This document shows positions 28,356-39,470 of a stretch of DNA of 64,000 nt, piece after piece. The number at the start of each line of letters is the position of its first letter. Position 1 is the first letter of the stretch. The notes below the pieces were generated by a model. It ran no database searches and was not told the origin of the DNA. It saw only the letters and a program-made list of their open reading frames with translations. The translations under genes and the position numbers were made by a program. The DNA comes from Thermostichus sp. DRC_bins_24 (GTDB taxonomy: Bacteria > Cyanobacteriota > Cyanobacteriia > Thermostichales > Thermostichaceae), in the NCBI GenBank assembly GCA_039794845.1, contig JAUQVK010000006.1:11105-75104 (forward strand), given 5' to 3'.

Positions 28356-31142
28356 TCAGACCCGAGCTTTGGGCGTGATCTTCAAAATGGTGGAACGAGA
28401 TTTGGTTTGGGTTTGGGCCGCACCGTTGCCTTGGGGCTCCTTGGCAGTTGTGTTGTTCGAGGGGGTTACCTGCGTCAGTGCGACGGAGTCCTTGGCTTTT
28501 CTGGCTTGGTTGGCGGTGGCTTTACGAGCGCTGCTAGGGGTGGTTTTGGCTTGGGTTTTGCCTGTGGATTGGCGAGTGGTGGCTTTGCCGGCTGAGCGTC
28601 CTTTCCCTTTGGAGCTCCCTTCTTTTTCCGCCAGCACCTGCAGGGCAATGTCTAGAGTGGCTTCTTCGGCGGGCATCTCCTTCGGTAGAGAGGCATTCAC
28701 CTTGCCATGCTTGACGTACAGCCCGTAGGGACCGTTGTACAAATTGACCGGCTCCCCGTCATCCGGATGGGATCCCAGCTCCCGCAGGGGTTGGGCGGAG
28801 GCGCGCCCACGTCCTTTCTTGGGTTGGGAGAGCAGCTCCAGCGCCCGCTCAAAGCTCACCGTCAAAACATCTTCACCGGCAGGTAGGGAGCGAAAATCCC
28901 CATCGCAGACCACGTAGGGGCCAAACCGCCCAATGCCCGCCTGCACTTTTTTACCCGATTCTGGGTGTTCACCGAGGGTACGGGGCAAACTGAGTAAACC
29001 CAGGGCCATCTCGGGGGTGACCTGATCCGGCTTCAACCCCTTGGGCAGGGAGGTACGCTTGGGTTTTTTGTTTTCCTCAGAGACCTCCCCCAACTGCACA
29101 TAGGGGCCATAAGGACCTTGGGGCACCACATAAACCGGCTCTTGGGTTTCCGGGTGAAAGGTAATGGGTTTGGGGCCTTCCTGCTTCAGCTTGATCAGCT
29201 CCGCCACCTGCTCTTCGCTCAGGTCGGCGGGGGGGATATCCTCCGGCAAGTTGGCCCGCACCTCTCCAGCACCATTTTCCAGCGCCACATAGGGGCCGTA
29301 GGGGCCGATGCCGATCTTGACAGGCAAGTTCTCCAGGTGGATGGAGCGGGCCAACCCCGAGTCAATTTCCGACTCGCGGGCTTTCACCTGGCTCTCCAGA
29401 CCCTGATCCCCCAAAAAGAAATGACGCAGATAGGGCAACCATTCCGCTTGGCCAGAGGCGATATCGTCTAGGGTTTGCTCCATCTTGGCGGTGAAACGGG
29501 TATTCACCAGATCGGGGAAGTGTTTTTCCAGCAGCTCGGTGACGGCAAAGGCGGTGTAGGTGGGCACCAAGGCATTGCCCATCGGCTTGACATAGCCACG
29601 ACTGACAATGGTGTTGATGATGGTGGCGTAGGTGCTGGGGCGGCCAATCCCTTCGCTTTCCAGCACCTTGACCAACGAGGCTTCCGTAAAGCGGGCCGGG
29701 GGTTGGGTTTCGTGACCCACGGGTTCCAGCTTCTGGCATTCGGGATGCTCCCCCTGACGCATGAGGGGTAGATGCACTTCCCGATCTTCGAGAGCGGCAT
29801 CGGGGTCGTCGGATCCCTCCACGTAGGCGCGGAAAAAGCCGGGAAAATCAATGCGCTTGCCGCTGGCCCGGAAGACCGCATCTTCCACCCCGATCAAGAC
29901 GGTGGTGTGGGTTTGCCGCGCTTCGGCCATTTGGCTGGCGACGGTGCGCTTCCAGATCAGGTCGTAGAGGGCCAGCTCCTGTCCCGAAAGAGGGGTTTGG
30001 TTGGGCAGGCGGAACTCGGATCCGGCGGGACGAATCGCTTCGTGAGCCTCCTGGGCTCCTTTGGCTTTGGTGGTGTATTGGCGGGGTTTGGGGCTGAGAT
30101 ACTCCTTGCCGTACATGGATTCCACACAGGCACGGGCGGCAGCGATGGCCTGCTCCGACAGATGCACCGAATCGGTACGCATGTAGGTGATGTAGCCCTC
30201 TTCGTAGAGCTTTTGGGCAATGCGCATCGTCTGCTGGGCCGACAGGTGCAGCTTGCGGTTGGCCTCCTGTTGCAGGGTGGAGGTGGTAAAAGGAGGGGCG
30301 GGCTTGCGGGTGGAGGGGCGTTCTTCCACCGATGTGACCGTCCAGGTTTTGCCCAGCAGCTGGTTTTGCAAGGCTTCCGCCTGGGCTTGATCCAGCAGCA
30401 CCACATCCCGTCCGGCGGCGATCTGGCCGGTGTGTTCATCGAAGTCCTGCCCGGTGGCCAGCCGTTTGCCCGCCAGGTTCACCAGCTCCGCCGGGAAGGG
30501 GGTTTGTTGATGCCGCAATTCCGCCTTCAGATCCCAGTAGGATCCCTTTTTGAAGGCCCGCCGTTGCCGCTCCCGATCCACCAAGAGCTTGACGGCCACC
30601 GACTGTACCCGCCCCGCCGAAAGTTTGGGGGCAATTTTCTTCCAGAGCAGCGGCGACAGGGTATAGCCCACCAAGCGATCCAAAATACGGCGGGTTTCCT
30701 GGGCACGCACCAGTTGCTCATCCACCTCACGGCAGTTTTGCAGCGCCTGTTGAATGGCCTCACGGGTGATCTCGTGAAACACCATGCGGCGGGTGGGCAC
30801 TTTCGGCCTTAAGATTTGTTGCAGGTGCCAACTGATGCTCTCCCCTTCCCGGTCTTCGTCTGTGGCCAGGATCAGTTCGTCGGCTTTTTTCAGGGCCTCC
30901 TTCAGCTCTTTGACCACCTTCTTCTTGTCTTTGGGGATCACATACAGTGGCTCAAAATCTGCCCGCACATTCACCCCCAGGCGGCTCCACTCTTCCCCTT
31001 TCACCTCTTCTGGAATTTCGGCTGCCGAATCCGGGAGATCCCGCACATGTCCCATCGAGGCTTGCACCTCATAGCCGGCGGGCAAAAACCCCCGAATGGT
31101 ACGGGCTTTGGTGGGTGATTCGACAATGACAAGCTTGGACAT
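28356..31142 (-). CDS. topA: DNA topoisomerase I
   Basis: [35 protein letters not shown]-terminal G.YGPY repeats and basic tail. Confidence 0.98.
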   Translation of the reverse strand: MSKLVIVESPTKARTIRGFLPAGYEVQASMGHVRDLPDSAAEIPEEVKGEEWSRLGVNVRADFEPLYVIPKDKKKVVKELKEALKKADELILATDEDREGESISWHLQQILRPKVPTRRMVFHEITREAIQQALQNCREVDEQLVRAQETRRILDRLVGYTLSPLLWKKIAPKLSAGRVQSVAVKLLVDRERQRRAFKKGSYWDLKAELRHQQTPFPAELVNLAGKRLATGQDFDEHTGQIAAGRDVVLLDQAQAEALQNQLLGKTWTVTSVEERPSTRKPAPPFTTSTLQQEANRKLHLSAQQTMRIAQKLYEEGYITYMRTDSVHLSEQAIAAARACVESMYGKEYLSPKPRQYTTKAKGAQEAHEAIRPAGSEFRLPNQTPLSGQELALYDLIWKRTVASQMAEARQTHTTVLIGVEDAVFRASGKRIDFPGFFRAYVEGSDDPDAALEDREVHLPLMRQGEHPECQKLEPVGHETQPPARFTEASLVKVLESEGIGRPSTYATIINTIVSRGYVKPMGNALVPTYTAFAVTELLEKHFPDLVNTRFTAKMEQTLDDIASGQAEWLPYLRHFFLGDQGLESQVKARESEIDSGLARSIHLENLPVKIGIGPYGPYVALENGAGEVRANLPEDIPPADLSEEQVAELIKLKQEGPKPITFHPETQEPVYVVPQGPYGPYVQLGEVSEENKKPKRTSLPKGLKPDQVTPEMALGLLSLPRTLGEHPESGKKVQAGIGRFGPYVVCDGDFRSLPAGEDVLTVSFERALELLSQPKKGRGRASAQPLRELGSHPDDGEPVNLYNGPYGLYVKHGKVNASLPKEMPAEEATLDIALQVLAEKEGSSKGKGRSAGKATTRQSTGKTQAKTTPSSARKATANQARKAKDSVALTQVTPSNNTTAKEPQGNGAAQTQTKSRSTILKITPKARV

Positions 31143-31328
31143 GATGTGTTGGGAGTAATCGACTCAGCCTGCTTTGCGCCCCTAAAGTGGGGATCCGGTT
31201 CGGTACAGCGCACCCCGCTGGGGATAATCGGTCGCTTTTCTGGAGCGTAGCAAGTCTATTTGCACTTGACTAGCGGTCATGGGTGATCGATTCCAAATGT
31301 CTGCCCTCTTCGACCCCCTCACAAGACC

Positions 31329-31754
31329 ATGAAACTGCATCATGTTTCGATTCGCACTGCCGATATCTTCCGCTCCATCGCTTTTTACGAGGGGTTGGGG
31401 TTTGTCGTGGAAGAACGCTTTACCACCGGCATTACCTTGGCCTGTTGGATGGTCGGCCCTTGGGGGCGTCTAGAGTTGATGCAGGTGCCCGAACCGCATC
31501 CCGCCCCAGATCCGTTTGCGGATCCCCACTACGTCGGTTACTACCATCCCTCTATTGAAATCGGCCCCGAGTGGGGATCCCTGACTGACTATTTGGGCCA
31601 TCTACAAGCGCAGGTACCCCTGCAGATCCTCCTGCCCCCCCATCCACAGCAGATTGGCCCGCAAACCTATCAAGTGGCCTTCATCGCCGATCCGGATGGC
31701 TTGCCGATTGAGTTGCTACACCCCCAGGGCTCCCTGACGGTTGAACAGGGTTAA
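31329..31754 (+). CDS. VOC/glyoxalase-family protein
   Basis: LHHVSIRT.D...SIAFY..LG, FIADPDGLPIEL. Confidence 0.88.
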   Translation: MKLHHVSIRTADIFRSIAFYEGLGFVVEERFTTGITLACWMVGPWGRLELMQVPEPHPAPDPFADPHYVGYYHPSIEIGPEWGSLTDYLGHLQAQVPLQILLPPHPQQIGPQTYQVAFIADPDGLPIELLHPQGSLTVEQG

Positions 31755-31961
31755 CGCTTTCCTGAATATCCTGAATGTAGGGAATATAGGGGATCCCCTC
31801 ATCTGCGTAGGGTCGTGAAGATCCGAAAGAGATACAAGAGATACGTAGCATCTGATCAAATCCTCGGATTTGAGAAGAAAGGCCACCCTTGGGGCTAAGC
31901 TGGTAAAGCCTTGCGTTCTAGGCGCCAGCACACTTTTGAGAACGTGTGGACGGGTTTATTC

Positions 31962-32948
31962 ATGAAAGCTCAGCTTCCGGTCACCCTCTTGACGGGCTTC
32001 TTGGGCAGCGGCAAAACCACCTTGCTCCGGCGCATCTTGCAAGAAAACCACGGGCTGCGCATCGGGGTGATCCTGAATGAGTTTGGTGAGATTTCTATTG
32101 ATGGAGAGCTGGTGAATATGCCCGAAGAAGGGCTGATGCAGTTGACCAATGGTTGCCTGTGTTGCACGGTACGGGATGATTTTGAACAGGCAGCCCGTCA
32201 GTTGCTTACGCGCACCCAAGAGTTCGACTATCTGGTGGTGGAAACCAGCGGCGTAGCGGATCCCCGGCAGGTGACCGAGCTGTTTGTCCAGCGAGTCTTT
32301 CACGAGGATCTGCGTTTGGACGGGGTAGTAACTTTGGTGGATGGGCCAGAATACTGGCACAATTTTCAGCACTCTCAAACTGCCGCCCATCAGATCAGCA
32401 GCGCCGATATTTTGTTGCTGAATAAGGTGGATCTAATTACAGAAGCAGAACGGGATCGGATTGTGTTGGATCTGCGGCGTTACAACCCGGATGCCCCCTG
32501 TTTGTTCACCACCTATGCCCAGGTACCCTTGGCCCGCATCCTGGATGTGCATGCCTTCCGGCCGGAATTCTGGGATCCCAAGGCGACGGGGGAAGCCCAT
32601 CCCCCTGAGGGAGAGGAGCATGTTCACTACGGCCATCACCTGCAAGAAGACGGGATCCAATCGGTGAGTTTTCAACTGCAGCAACCGCTGGATTTGGCAG
32701 AGTTTCGAGATTGGTTGCAAGACTTGCCGGATAATATCTTTCGAGCCAAAGGGGTCTTGTCGATTCTGGATGAACCCCAGCGGGTGATTTTTCATCAGGT
32801 GGGCCATCGGCAAACCCTGTTTCTGGAGCGCCCCTGGGATCCCCATGAGCCCCGCTTGTCGAAAATCGTCTTGATTGGCAAAGAGCTACAACGAGAACGT
32901 CTGGCCGCCGGCCTAACCCAGGTGTGTGAGGCAAGTGTCACCCGTTAA
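31962..32948 (+). CDS. CobW/COG0523-family GTPase (metallochaperone)
   Basis: [33 protein letters not shown]. Confidence 0.93.
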   Translation: MKAQLPVTLLTGFLGSGKTTLLRRILQENHGLRIGVILNEFGEISIDGELVNMPEEGLMQLTNGCLCCTVRDDFEQAARQLLTRTQEFDYLVVETSGVADPRQVTELFVQRVFHEDLRLDGVVTLVDGPEYWHNFQHSQTAAHQISSADILLLNKVDLITEAERDRIVLDLRRYNPDAPCLFTTYAQVPLARILDVHAFRPEFWDPKATGEAHPPEGEEHVHYGHHLQEDGIQSVSFQLQQPLDLAEFRDWLQDLPDNIFRAKGVLSILDEPQRVIFHQVGHRQTLFLERPWDPHEPRLSKIVLIGKELQRERLAAGLTQVCEASVTR

Positions 32949-32995
32949 CGATTTCAGGCTCTTTTCAGTTAAATTCTGATTACCCGTAAAACCCT

Positions 32996-33978
32996 ATGGC
33001 TCGCAGCAAACTTTCAGAGCAAGAACAGCAACAGATCGTCAGCACCTACCGCGGCTCGACAGCCACCGCCGTCGAATTGGCGGAGCAATTTCAGGTGAGC
33101 ATCAGCACCATCTCCGCGTGCTTAAGGAAAATATCGCTGCCGATGAATATCAACGGCTGGTCAATCGCAAACGCTCTGCTGCCCGCCGCAAAGACTCGGG
33201 GGAAGAAGAGGTTGCCGAATCTACCCCTCAGGTGCCCAGCGACCCTCCGGCAGACCCTGCCCCTGGCCGTTCTCGCACCCGTCGCCGTTCCTCCAGCCTT
33301 CAGACGGCGGAAGCACAGCAACAGGTCTTGCCCCTAGATCCGCAGCCGTCCTCTTCACCTCCCTCCATAGAACCCATTGCCGCTGCCGACAACCCAGCTT
33401 CCGATCCGACAGACGACGAAGCGGCGGAAATCGCTGAAGAACTGCCCGCAGAAGATCTGGAGTTGGTGGCTGAGCTTCAGGCAGATCTTGAAGATGGAGA
33501 AGAGGAAGAGGATGAAGACGAGACCGACGAAGACGGTGACCTGGAGGATGAAGAAGACGACGAAGACGACGATTCTGACTATTTCCTAGAGGATGGGCCA
33601 GGGGCAGACAGCCTGGCCGATTCTGGCTACTCCTTTCAGGTGTTGCCTCTGGAGGAGCTGATCCCGCCGGAAACCTGCTATGCCGTGGTTGACCGCTACC
33701 AGGAGCTGGCCACCCGCCCTCTGAAGGAGTTTTTGAATTTGGGATCGGGATCCCTACCTGAGACGATCAGAGGGCTCGACGGTGCCAACACCCTGCCCAT
33801 TTTCGACAACCACAAGGTGGCCCGCCGCTTCTCCGAGATGAGCCGCCGTGGCAGCAACACCTATCCACCCTACCGGGTGATTCAATTTCCGGGGCACATT
33901 CTCGAGGCAGTGCGTACCCAACTGCAGAACAAAGGGATCACCCACCTGCTCATGGATGGGCAAATCTATGCTCTGTAA
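32996..33978 (+). pseudogene. HTH protein with acidic linker, split by a 1-nt frameshift near 33115
   Basis: HTH ELAEQFQVSISTIS (frame of 32996) continues as VLKENI (frame of 33118); one added C (TCC CGC GTG) restores STISRVLK. Confidence 0.7.
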
Positions 33979-34062
33979 ATCGGGCTAAAAATAGGGATCC
34001 CTCCCCGGCGAGCGAAGAGGGATTCTCAGAGATTCTCAAATCAAAGATCGTAATCTGCCGCT

Positions 34063-35037
34063 TCAATCTACCGCAGCGCCCGCGTACTCCAGCTCTTCCA
34101 CCGCCACTTCCATTGGGGAAACCTCCTCCGGGTGCTCTTGCTTGGCCGCCAGCATTTGCTCACGGTACTTGGCCGCCATTTCTTCCGCCCCGGCATAAAC
34201 CAATTGTGGATCCCGGGTCATATCCCCAGGATTGGCCTCCAGCTGCTTGGTGGACAGGGAAATCCGACCCCGTTCGGCATCCAGGTCGATGATCATCACC
34301 TTCACTTCGTCGTTGACGTTGAAGACGCTGTGGGGGGTATCGATGTGATCGTGGGAGATCTCGGAAATGTGCAATAGGCCAGAAACCCCGCCAATATCGA
34401 TAAAGGCCCCGTAGGGCTTGATGCCCCGAACCGTACCGACCACCACTTCCCCTACTTCCAGCTTGTTCATCTTTCGCTCCACCAGGGCGCGGCGATGGCT
34501 CAACACCAGACGGTTGCGGTCTTCATCCACTTCCAAAAACTTTAGGGGCAACTCTTCCCCCACCAAATCTTCCTTCGGCTTGCGGGTGCTGATGTGGGAT
34601 CCGGGAATAAAGCCCCGCAGTCCCTCAATGCGTACCAAAGCCCCACCGCGGTTGGTGGCAAAAATGGCGGCGCGCACCGTAGCATCTTCTTTTTGGAGCT
34701 GCCGCACCCGTTCCCAAGCTCGCATATACTCAATGCGGCGGATCGAGAGGGTCAGCTGCCCTTCCTCGTTCTCTTCGGTAAGGATGAAAAATTCGCGGGT
34801 TTCCCCCGGTTGCAACATCTCTTCTGGGTCATCCAACCGACTGATCGACATCTCCTGCAGCGGCAGAAAAGCGGCGGTTTTGGCTCCAATATCGATCAAC
34901 GCACCGCGCGGCTCCAAGGAGAACACCGTACCCGCCACAATTTCGCCAGGGCTGAAATGGTAATCGTACTTATCCAGAAGAGCGGCAAAGTCTTCAGTGG
35001 TAAAACCTACATCGGCAGTGGCGGTGAATCGACTCAT
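34063..35037 (-). CDS. rpsA: 30S ribosomal protein S1 (cyanobacterial type)
   Basis: FAALLDKYDYHF, S1 repeats GALIDIGAK, GFIPGSHIS, GLLHISEIS. Confidence 0.96.
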   Translation of the reverse strand: MSRFTATADVGFTTEDFAALLDKYDYHFSPGEIVAGTVFSLEPRGALIDIGAKTAAFLPLQEMSISRLDDPEEMLQPGETREFFILTEENEEGQLTLSIRRIEYMRAWERVRQLQKEDATVRAAIFATNRGGALVRIEGLRGFIPGSHISTRKPKEDLVGEELPLKFLEVDEDRNRLVLSHRRALVERKMNKLEVGEVVVGTVRGIKPYGAFIDIGGVSGLLHISEISHDHIDTPHSVFNVNDEVKVMIIDLDAERGRISLSTKQLEANPGDMTRDPQLVYAGAEEMAAKYREQMLAAKQEHPEEVSPMEVAVEELEYAGAAVD

Positions 35038-35232
35038 AGTGGGTGGCAGCAGGCCGGTTGGCGCGGATAAAGGGCAAGAAACAAACAAGCTCCCCAAAAG
35101 AGGGTGCCCCCTCTCCACCCCATGGGTAACGGGGCGACATCGGGAAATACTATCCTAGCCTAGGGGCGTGCCCTTTGTGGCAGATTTTCTCGGGATCCTG
35201 CCAAGCTAGATAGGGATTTGAGGGATTGGCGA

Positions 35233-36288
35233 TTGCACTTTATCGACCAGGCGGAAATTGAGGTACAGGCGGGGAAGGGTGGGGATGGCATCGTCGCCTT
35301 CCGCAGAGAGAAATATGTGCCCGCAGGAGGGCCTTCGGGAGGCAATGGGGGGCGGGGCGGTTCGGTGATTTTGGTGGCGGATCCCAATCTGCAAACGCTG
35401 TTGGATTTTCGCTTTCAGCCGTTGATCAAGGCCGAAGATGGGGCCAAAGGGGGGCCGAACAATCGCACCGGAGCCAGTGGCGCGGATCGGCGGGTGCGGG
35501 TACCCTGCGGCACGGTGGTGAGCAATGCCGAGACCGGTGAGCTCTTGGGGGATCTCACCCAAAAGGGGGATCAACTGCTGGTGGCCCAGGGGGGTAAGGG
35601 GGGAATGGGCAACGCCCATTTTTTGAGCAACCGCAATCGTGCCCCCCACAAATTTACCGAGGGCAAACCCGGGGAGCACGTGCGCCTGCGCCTGGAGCTG
35701 AAGTTGATCGCGGAAGTCGGGATCGTCGGCTTGCCGAATGCGGGCAAATCCACCCTGATTTCGGTGGTGTCTTCCGCCCGGCCCAAGGTTGCCGATTACC
35801 CCTTCACAACGCTGCAACCCAATTTGGGGGTGGTGCCCCATCCGCTGGGAGATGGGGTGGTGTTTGCGGATATCCCCGGGCTGATCGAGGGGGCGCACCT
35901 GGGGGTGGGCTTGGGGCACGAGTTTTTACGCCATGTGGAACGCACACGGGTGTTGATTCATCTGGTGGATGGCACGGCGGCGGATCCTGTCAAGGACTAC
36001 CGGACCATCCAACAGGAGTTGCGGGCCTACGGCCATGGGCTGATGGATAAACCGCAAATTCTGGTGTTGAACAAGATCGATGCGCTGGATCCCCAGCAGA
36101 TTGCCGAGCGTTCCCAGAGCTTATCCGAGGCCGCCGGCACCTCAGTGTTGGCCATTTCTGCCGTTGCCAAGCAGGGGTTGGATCCTTTGTTGCAGCGGGT
36201 GTGGGATCATCTGAGTTTGGAAAGACAGCCCCTCAAGCTCCCCGCAGCTCCGGAGTTCGGCCTCATCTCAGGAAACTCTGTACACTAG
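35233..36288 (+). CDS. obgE: GTPase ObgE/CgtA
   Basis: [48 protein letters not shown] start. Confidence 0.96.
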   Translation: MHFIDQAEIEVQAGKGGDGIVAFRREKYVPAGGPSGGNGGRGGSVILVADPNLQTLLDFRFQPLIKAEDGAKGGPNNRTGASGADRRVRVPCGTVVSNAETGELLGDLTQKGDQLLVAQGGKGGMGNAHFLSNRNRAPHKFTEGKPGEHVRLRLELKLIAEVGIVGLPNAGKSTLISVVSSARPKVADYPFTTLQPNLGVVPHPLGDGVVFADIPGLIEGAHLGVGLGHEFLRHVERTRVLIHLVDGTAADPVKDYRTIQQELRAYGHGLMDKPQILVLNKIDALDPQQIAERSQSLSEAAGTSVLAISAVAKQGLDPLLQRVWDHLSLERQPLKLPAAPEFGLISGNSVH

Positions 36289-36316
36289 GCGATTTCTGGT
36301 GTAGAGCACCCTTAGA

Positions 36317-36730
36317 ATGGGTGAACCTATGCCTTTCCAAGACCTAGAGACAGTGGGTATGTATATCTCGGCGGAGGATCTGCCACCGGATTTGCGTCAG
36401 ATCATGCTGGCCATCGAGCAGGCGGCTCAGGTGAGGGCAGGAGCCTGTCTGGAGCTGTTGATGCTCCTGCGGCTGTTGGAGGAGATGCACCGTCTGATCC
36501 TGGATGGCACCTTTCGGGAGTCTTTGCCCAATACCCGCCAAGCCCTCTACCGGGTACTCCAAGATTTGGAGGAAGCAGGAGACTGGCCCTATTTGCCACG
36601 TCTGCATATCCAGGCCCTGATGCAACAGCTGGAGATCTCGCCAGAGCAGGGATCCCTGCCCATGCTGGTGCCGCCCACCCCCCGTCTTTTCGTGGAACAT
36701 GCCCCGGGAGGGGAGTGTCCCGAATCCTGA
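36317..36730 (+). CDS. Hypothetical cyanobacterial protein
   Basis: LL.LLRLLE..HR.I....F..SLP.TRQ.LY..L.D.E..G.WPYLPR pattern; operon position. Confidence 0.7.
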   Translation: MGEPMPFQDLETVGMYISAEDLPPDLRQIMLAIEQAAQVRAGACLELLMLLRLLEEMHRLILDGTFRESLPNTRQALYRVLQDLEEAGDWPYLPRLHIQALMQQLEISPEQGSLPMLVPPTPRLFVEHAPGGECPES

Positions 36731-36810
36731 GGGGAGCACGGCAATCCGATTGTTTGTTAAGGTGACGAGGGATCTCTTGGTTGGATCTTGGCTTTTTTGT
36801 TCTTCCTCCG

Positions 36811-37515
36811 ATGGCCGACTGTTTCAAGCTGCACCCGCAGCAGCCCCAGGCCCGTTCCATCCAGCAGATCACAGCGGCTTTGCGAGATGGGGCCGTGATG
36901 CTCTACCCCACCGATACGGTTTATGCCATCGGCTGCGATGTTACCCACAAACACGCGGTTGAGCGGGTACGTCGCATCAAGCAGCTCTCCAACGACAAGC
37001 CCCTGACTTTTTTGTGTCCTTCGCTCTCTCGAATCGCCCACTATGCCCAGGTGAGCGATCCTGCCTATCGGCTGATGCGGCGACTGGTTCCCGGCCCCTT
37101 TACCTTTCTGTTGCCTGCCACCAAGCTGGTGCCGAAGTTGGTGATGGATCCAAAACGGAAAACCACCGGCATCCGCGTGCCCAATTCGGCCATTTGTCAG
37201 GCTTTGTTGGCGGAGTTGGGCAACCCGATTGTCTCTACTTCCGCCAAGCTGAGTGGCAATCCCGTCGGATCCCTGGATTTAAGCTCTGGGCGGCTTGGGG
37301 AGCGGGATACCGGGGATGAGGTCGGGATGTTGACGGCGCAGGAAGAAATGCGCCTTTTGGAAAAACAGGTGGATCTGGTGTTGGATGATGATGCCCCCTA
37401 TCGGGGCAAGGTTTCGACTGTGATCGACCTAACGGGGCCGGAGCCAAGGGTGGTGCGGGCCGGTTTGGGATATGACCAGGTGGCGGATCTGGAACGGGTA
37501 GAACCGGGCCGTTGA
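36811..37515 (+). CDS. Sua5/YciO/YrdC-family protein (threonylcarbamoyl-AMP synthase-like)
   Basis: YPTDTVYAIGC, PGPFTF, TGIRVP, STSA, STVIDL. Confidence 0.9.
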   Translation: MADCFKLHPQQPQARSIQQITAALRDGAVMLYPTDTVYAIGCDVTHKHAVERVRRIKQLSNDKPLTFLCPSLSRIAHYAQVSDPAYRLMRRLVPGPFTFLLPATKLVPKLVMDPKRKTTGIRVPNSAICQALLAELGNPIVSTSAKLSGNPVGSLDLSSGRLGERDTGDEVGMLTAQEEMRLLEKQVDLVLDDDAPYRGKVSTVIDLTGPEPRVVRAGLGYDQVADLERVEPGR

Positions 37516-37583
37516 ATGGGGAGCCCAGCCCTTTGCCCGCTCGAAGCAGGAAATGGCAGACTGAAAAAAATAGATCTGTCCCT

Positions 37584-38120
37584 ATGCCGTCTCGCTCCAT
37601 GAGCCCAGCTTCCTCCAAATCCATCGGTGCAGCCTATGCCCTTTGGGGTCTTGGCTTGTTCGGGGCCTGTGGCATCCATCGTCTCTACGTTGGCAAAACC
37701 GGTACGGGCATTCTCTGGCTACTCACCTTTGGCCTCTTGGGCATAGGACAGCTGATCGACTTGTTTTTGATCCCAGGCATGGTGGAAGACTACAACTTCA
37801 AGCAGGCGGTTCTCCGCGGCCAGGGATCCCAGAGCCCTCAGCCGATGCTGCCATCCTCGACCCAGACGACTTCCCAGCGTCCCCTGAAAGGACAGACCCT
37901 AATGCGGGAGATCTTGCGCTTGGCTCAGCAGCGGCAAGGGATCCTCACCCTCTCCGAAATTGCCATCGACCTGCCGGCCGACTTTGACGAGATCGAAAAA
38001 GCGCTCCGAGAGCTGACCCGTCGTGGTTTGGCCACCCCCGAAAACAACCTGATCACCGGCGCGGTGGAATACCAGTTTGTGCATTTGCTGCCCCGCTCTC
38101 AAGATCAAACCGACAGTTGA
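37584..38120 (+). CDS. TM2/NINE-domain membrane protein with C-terminal winged-helix-like region
   Basis: AYALW...G.HRLY.GK..TG.LWLLTFG..GIG.LIDLFLIP. Confidence 0.85.
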   Translation: MPSRSMSPASSKSIGAAYALWGLGLFGACGIHRLYVGKTGTGILWLLTFGLLGIGQLIDLFLIPGMVEDYNFKQAVLRGQGSQSPQPMLPSSTQTTSQRPLKGQTLMREILRLAQQRQGILTLSEIAIDLPADFDEIEKALRELTRRGLATPENNLITGAVEYQFVHLLPRSQDQTDS

Positions 38121-38304
38121 GATCCTGTGAGATCCTGAGACTCACCTTGCTGTGTGGGTTGAGCCTCAATCCTTTGGCCCCACTTTTTTTAACTCCGTGT
38201 CAATATGTCCTGAAGAATACGGTTGCTGAGGTTAGAAGCCCCGGTGCTACGATAGCGACAGCTCGCCGTCAGGCGTTGGCTACGGACGAGTTCAGCAGAA
38301 ATCT

Positions 38305-39303
38305 GTGGTTCGCTCTGCCCCCCTGCTTCACCCCTCCCCACTGGTCCCTGTTTCCGACAGCAACCGCCTCAAAATCTTCTCGGGCAGCGCCAATCCAGCC
38401 TTGGCTCAGGAGGTAGCGCGCTATTTGGGCATGGATCTGGGGCCAATGGTGCAAAAACGCTTTGCCGATGGCGAGCTGTACATCCAAATCCAGGAATCCA
38501 TTCGGGGTGCCGATGTTTACCTGGTGCAGCCCACCTGCCGCCCCGTCAACGATCACCTGATGGAATTGTTGGTGATCATCGATGCCTGTCGCCGTGCCTC
38601 GGCCCGCCAGATTACCGCCGTGTTGCCCTACTACGGCTACGCCCGTGCCGACCGAAAAACCGCAGGTCGAGAGGCGATCACCGCCAAGCTGGTGGCCAAC
38701 ATGATCACCCAGGCGGGGGCCCACCGGGTGCTGGCGATGGATCTGCACTCCGCCCAAATTCAGGGCTACTTTGACATTCCCCTCGATCATGTCTATGCCC
38801 AGCCGGTGTTGCAGGCTTATCTCAAAGAAAAGGGGTTGCTCAACGAGGAGATCGTCGTCGTGTCTCCGGATGTGGGGGGGGTAGCCCGGGCCCGCGCCTT
38901 TGCCAAAAAACTTAAGGAAGCCCCGCTGGCAATCATCGACAAGCGCCGCCAGGCCCACAACGACGTGGAAGTGATGAATTTGATCGGGGATGTGCGGGAC
39001 AAGACCGCCATCCTTGTCGACGACATGATCGATACCGCAGGCACCATCTCGGAAGGAGCGAAATTGCTGCGTAAGTTGGGAGCCAAAGCTGTTTACGCCT
39101 GTGCCATCCATCCGGTTTTTTCTGAGCCCGCCATCAAACGACTGCAGGGGGGGCTGTTCGAAGAGGTAATCGTCACCAACACCATCCCCATTCCCCCAGA
39201 GCAACGTTTTCCTGAGTTAACCGTTCTCTCGGTGGCAAATGTGCTGGGAGAGGCAATCTGGCGTATCCACGAAGACAGCTCCGTCAGCAGCATGTTTCAC
39301 TAG
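38305..39303 (+). CDS. prs: Ribose-phosphate pyrophosphokinase
   Basis: FADGE, PYYGYARADRK, VSPDVGG..RA, VDDMIDTAGT. Confidence 0.97.
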   Translation: MVRSAPLLHPSPLVPVSDSNRLKIFSGSANPALAQEVARYLGMDLGPMVQKRFADGELYIQIQESIRGADVYLVQPTCRPVNDHLMELLVIIDACRRASARQITAVLPYYGYARADRKTAGREAITAKLVANMITQAGAHRVLAMDLHSAQIQGYFDIPLDHVYAQPVLQAYLKEKGLLNEEIVVVSPDVGGVARARAFAKKLKEAPLAIIDKRRQAHNDVEVMNLIGDVRDKTAILVDDMIDTAGTISEGAKLLRKLGAKAVYACAIHPVFSEPAIKRLQGGLFEEVIVTNTIPIPPEQRFPELTVLSVANVLGEAIWRIHEDSSVSSMFH

Positions 39304-39470
39304 GGTTCATCATTGGGTTTCATTATTGGGTTTCATTAGAATTAGATGAAAAGCCGAACCCCTCCTGGGGGATCCCATATCCGGTTTCATCGGGATCCCT
39401 ACAATTGAGTAGCCTTTTGAGTAGCCCTTGCGATGGGTTGGTTTAGACCAGCCTCCTAGTCGGTTTTTCC

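Noticed and set aside
29772..30812. 346-aa ORF antisense to topA (likewise 38269-39204, 35206-35919, 11080-11847, 47456-48274)
   Set aside because: Shadow ORFs overlapping well-supported genes in GC-rich DNA; no motifs or RBS
31856..31873. TCAAATCC-TC-GGATTTGA palindrome upstream of the CobW gene as a Zur box
   Set aside because: Perfect inverted repeat but unlike the Zur/Fur consensus; function unsupported
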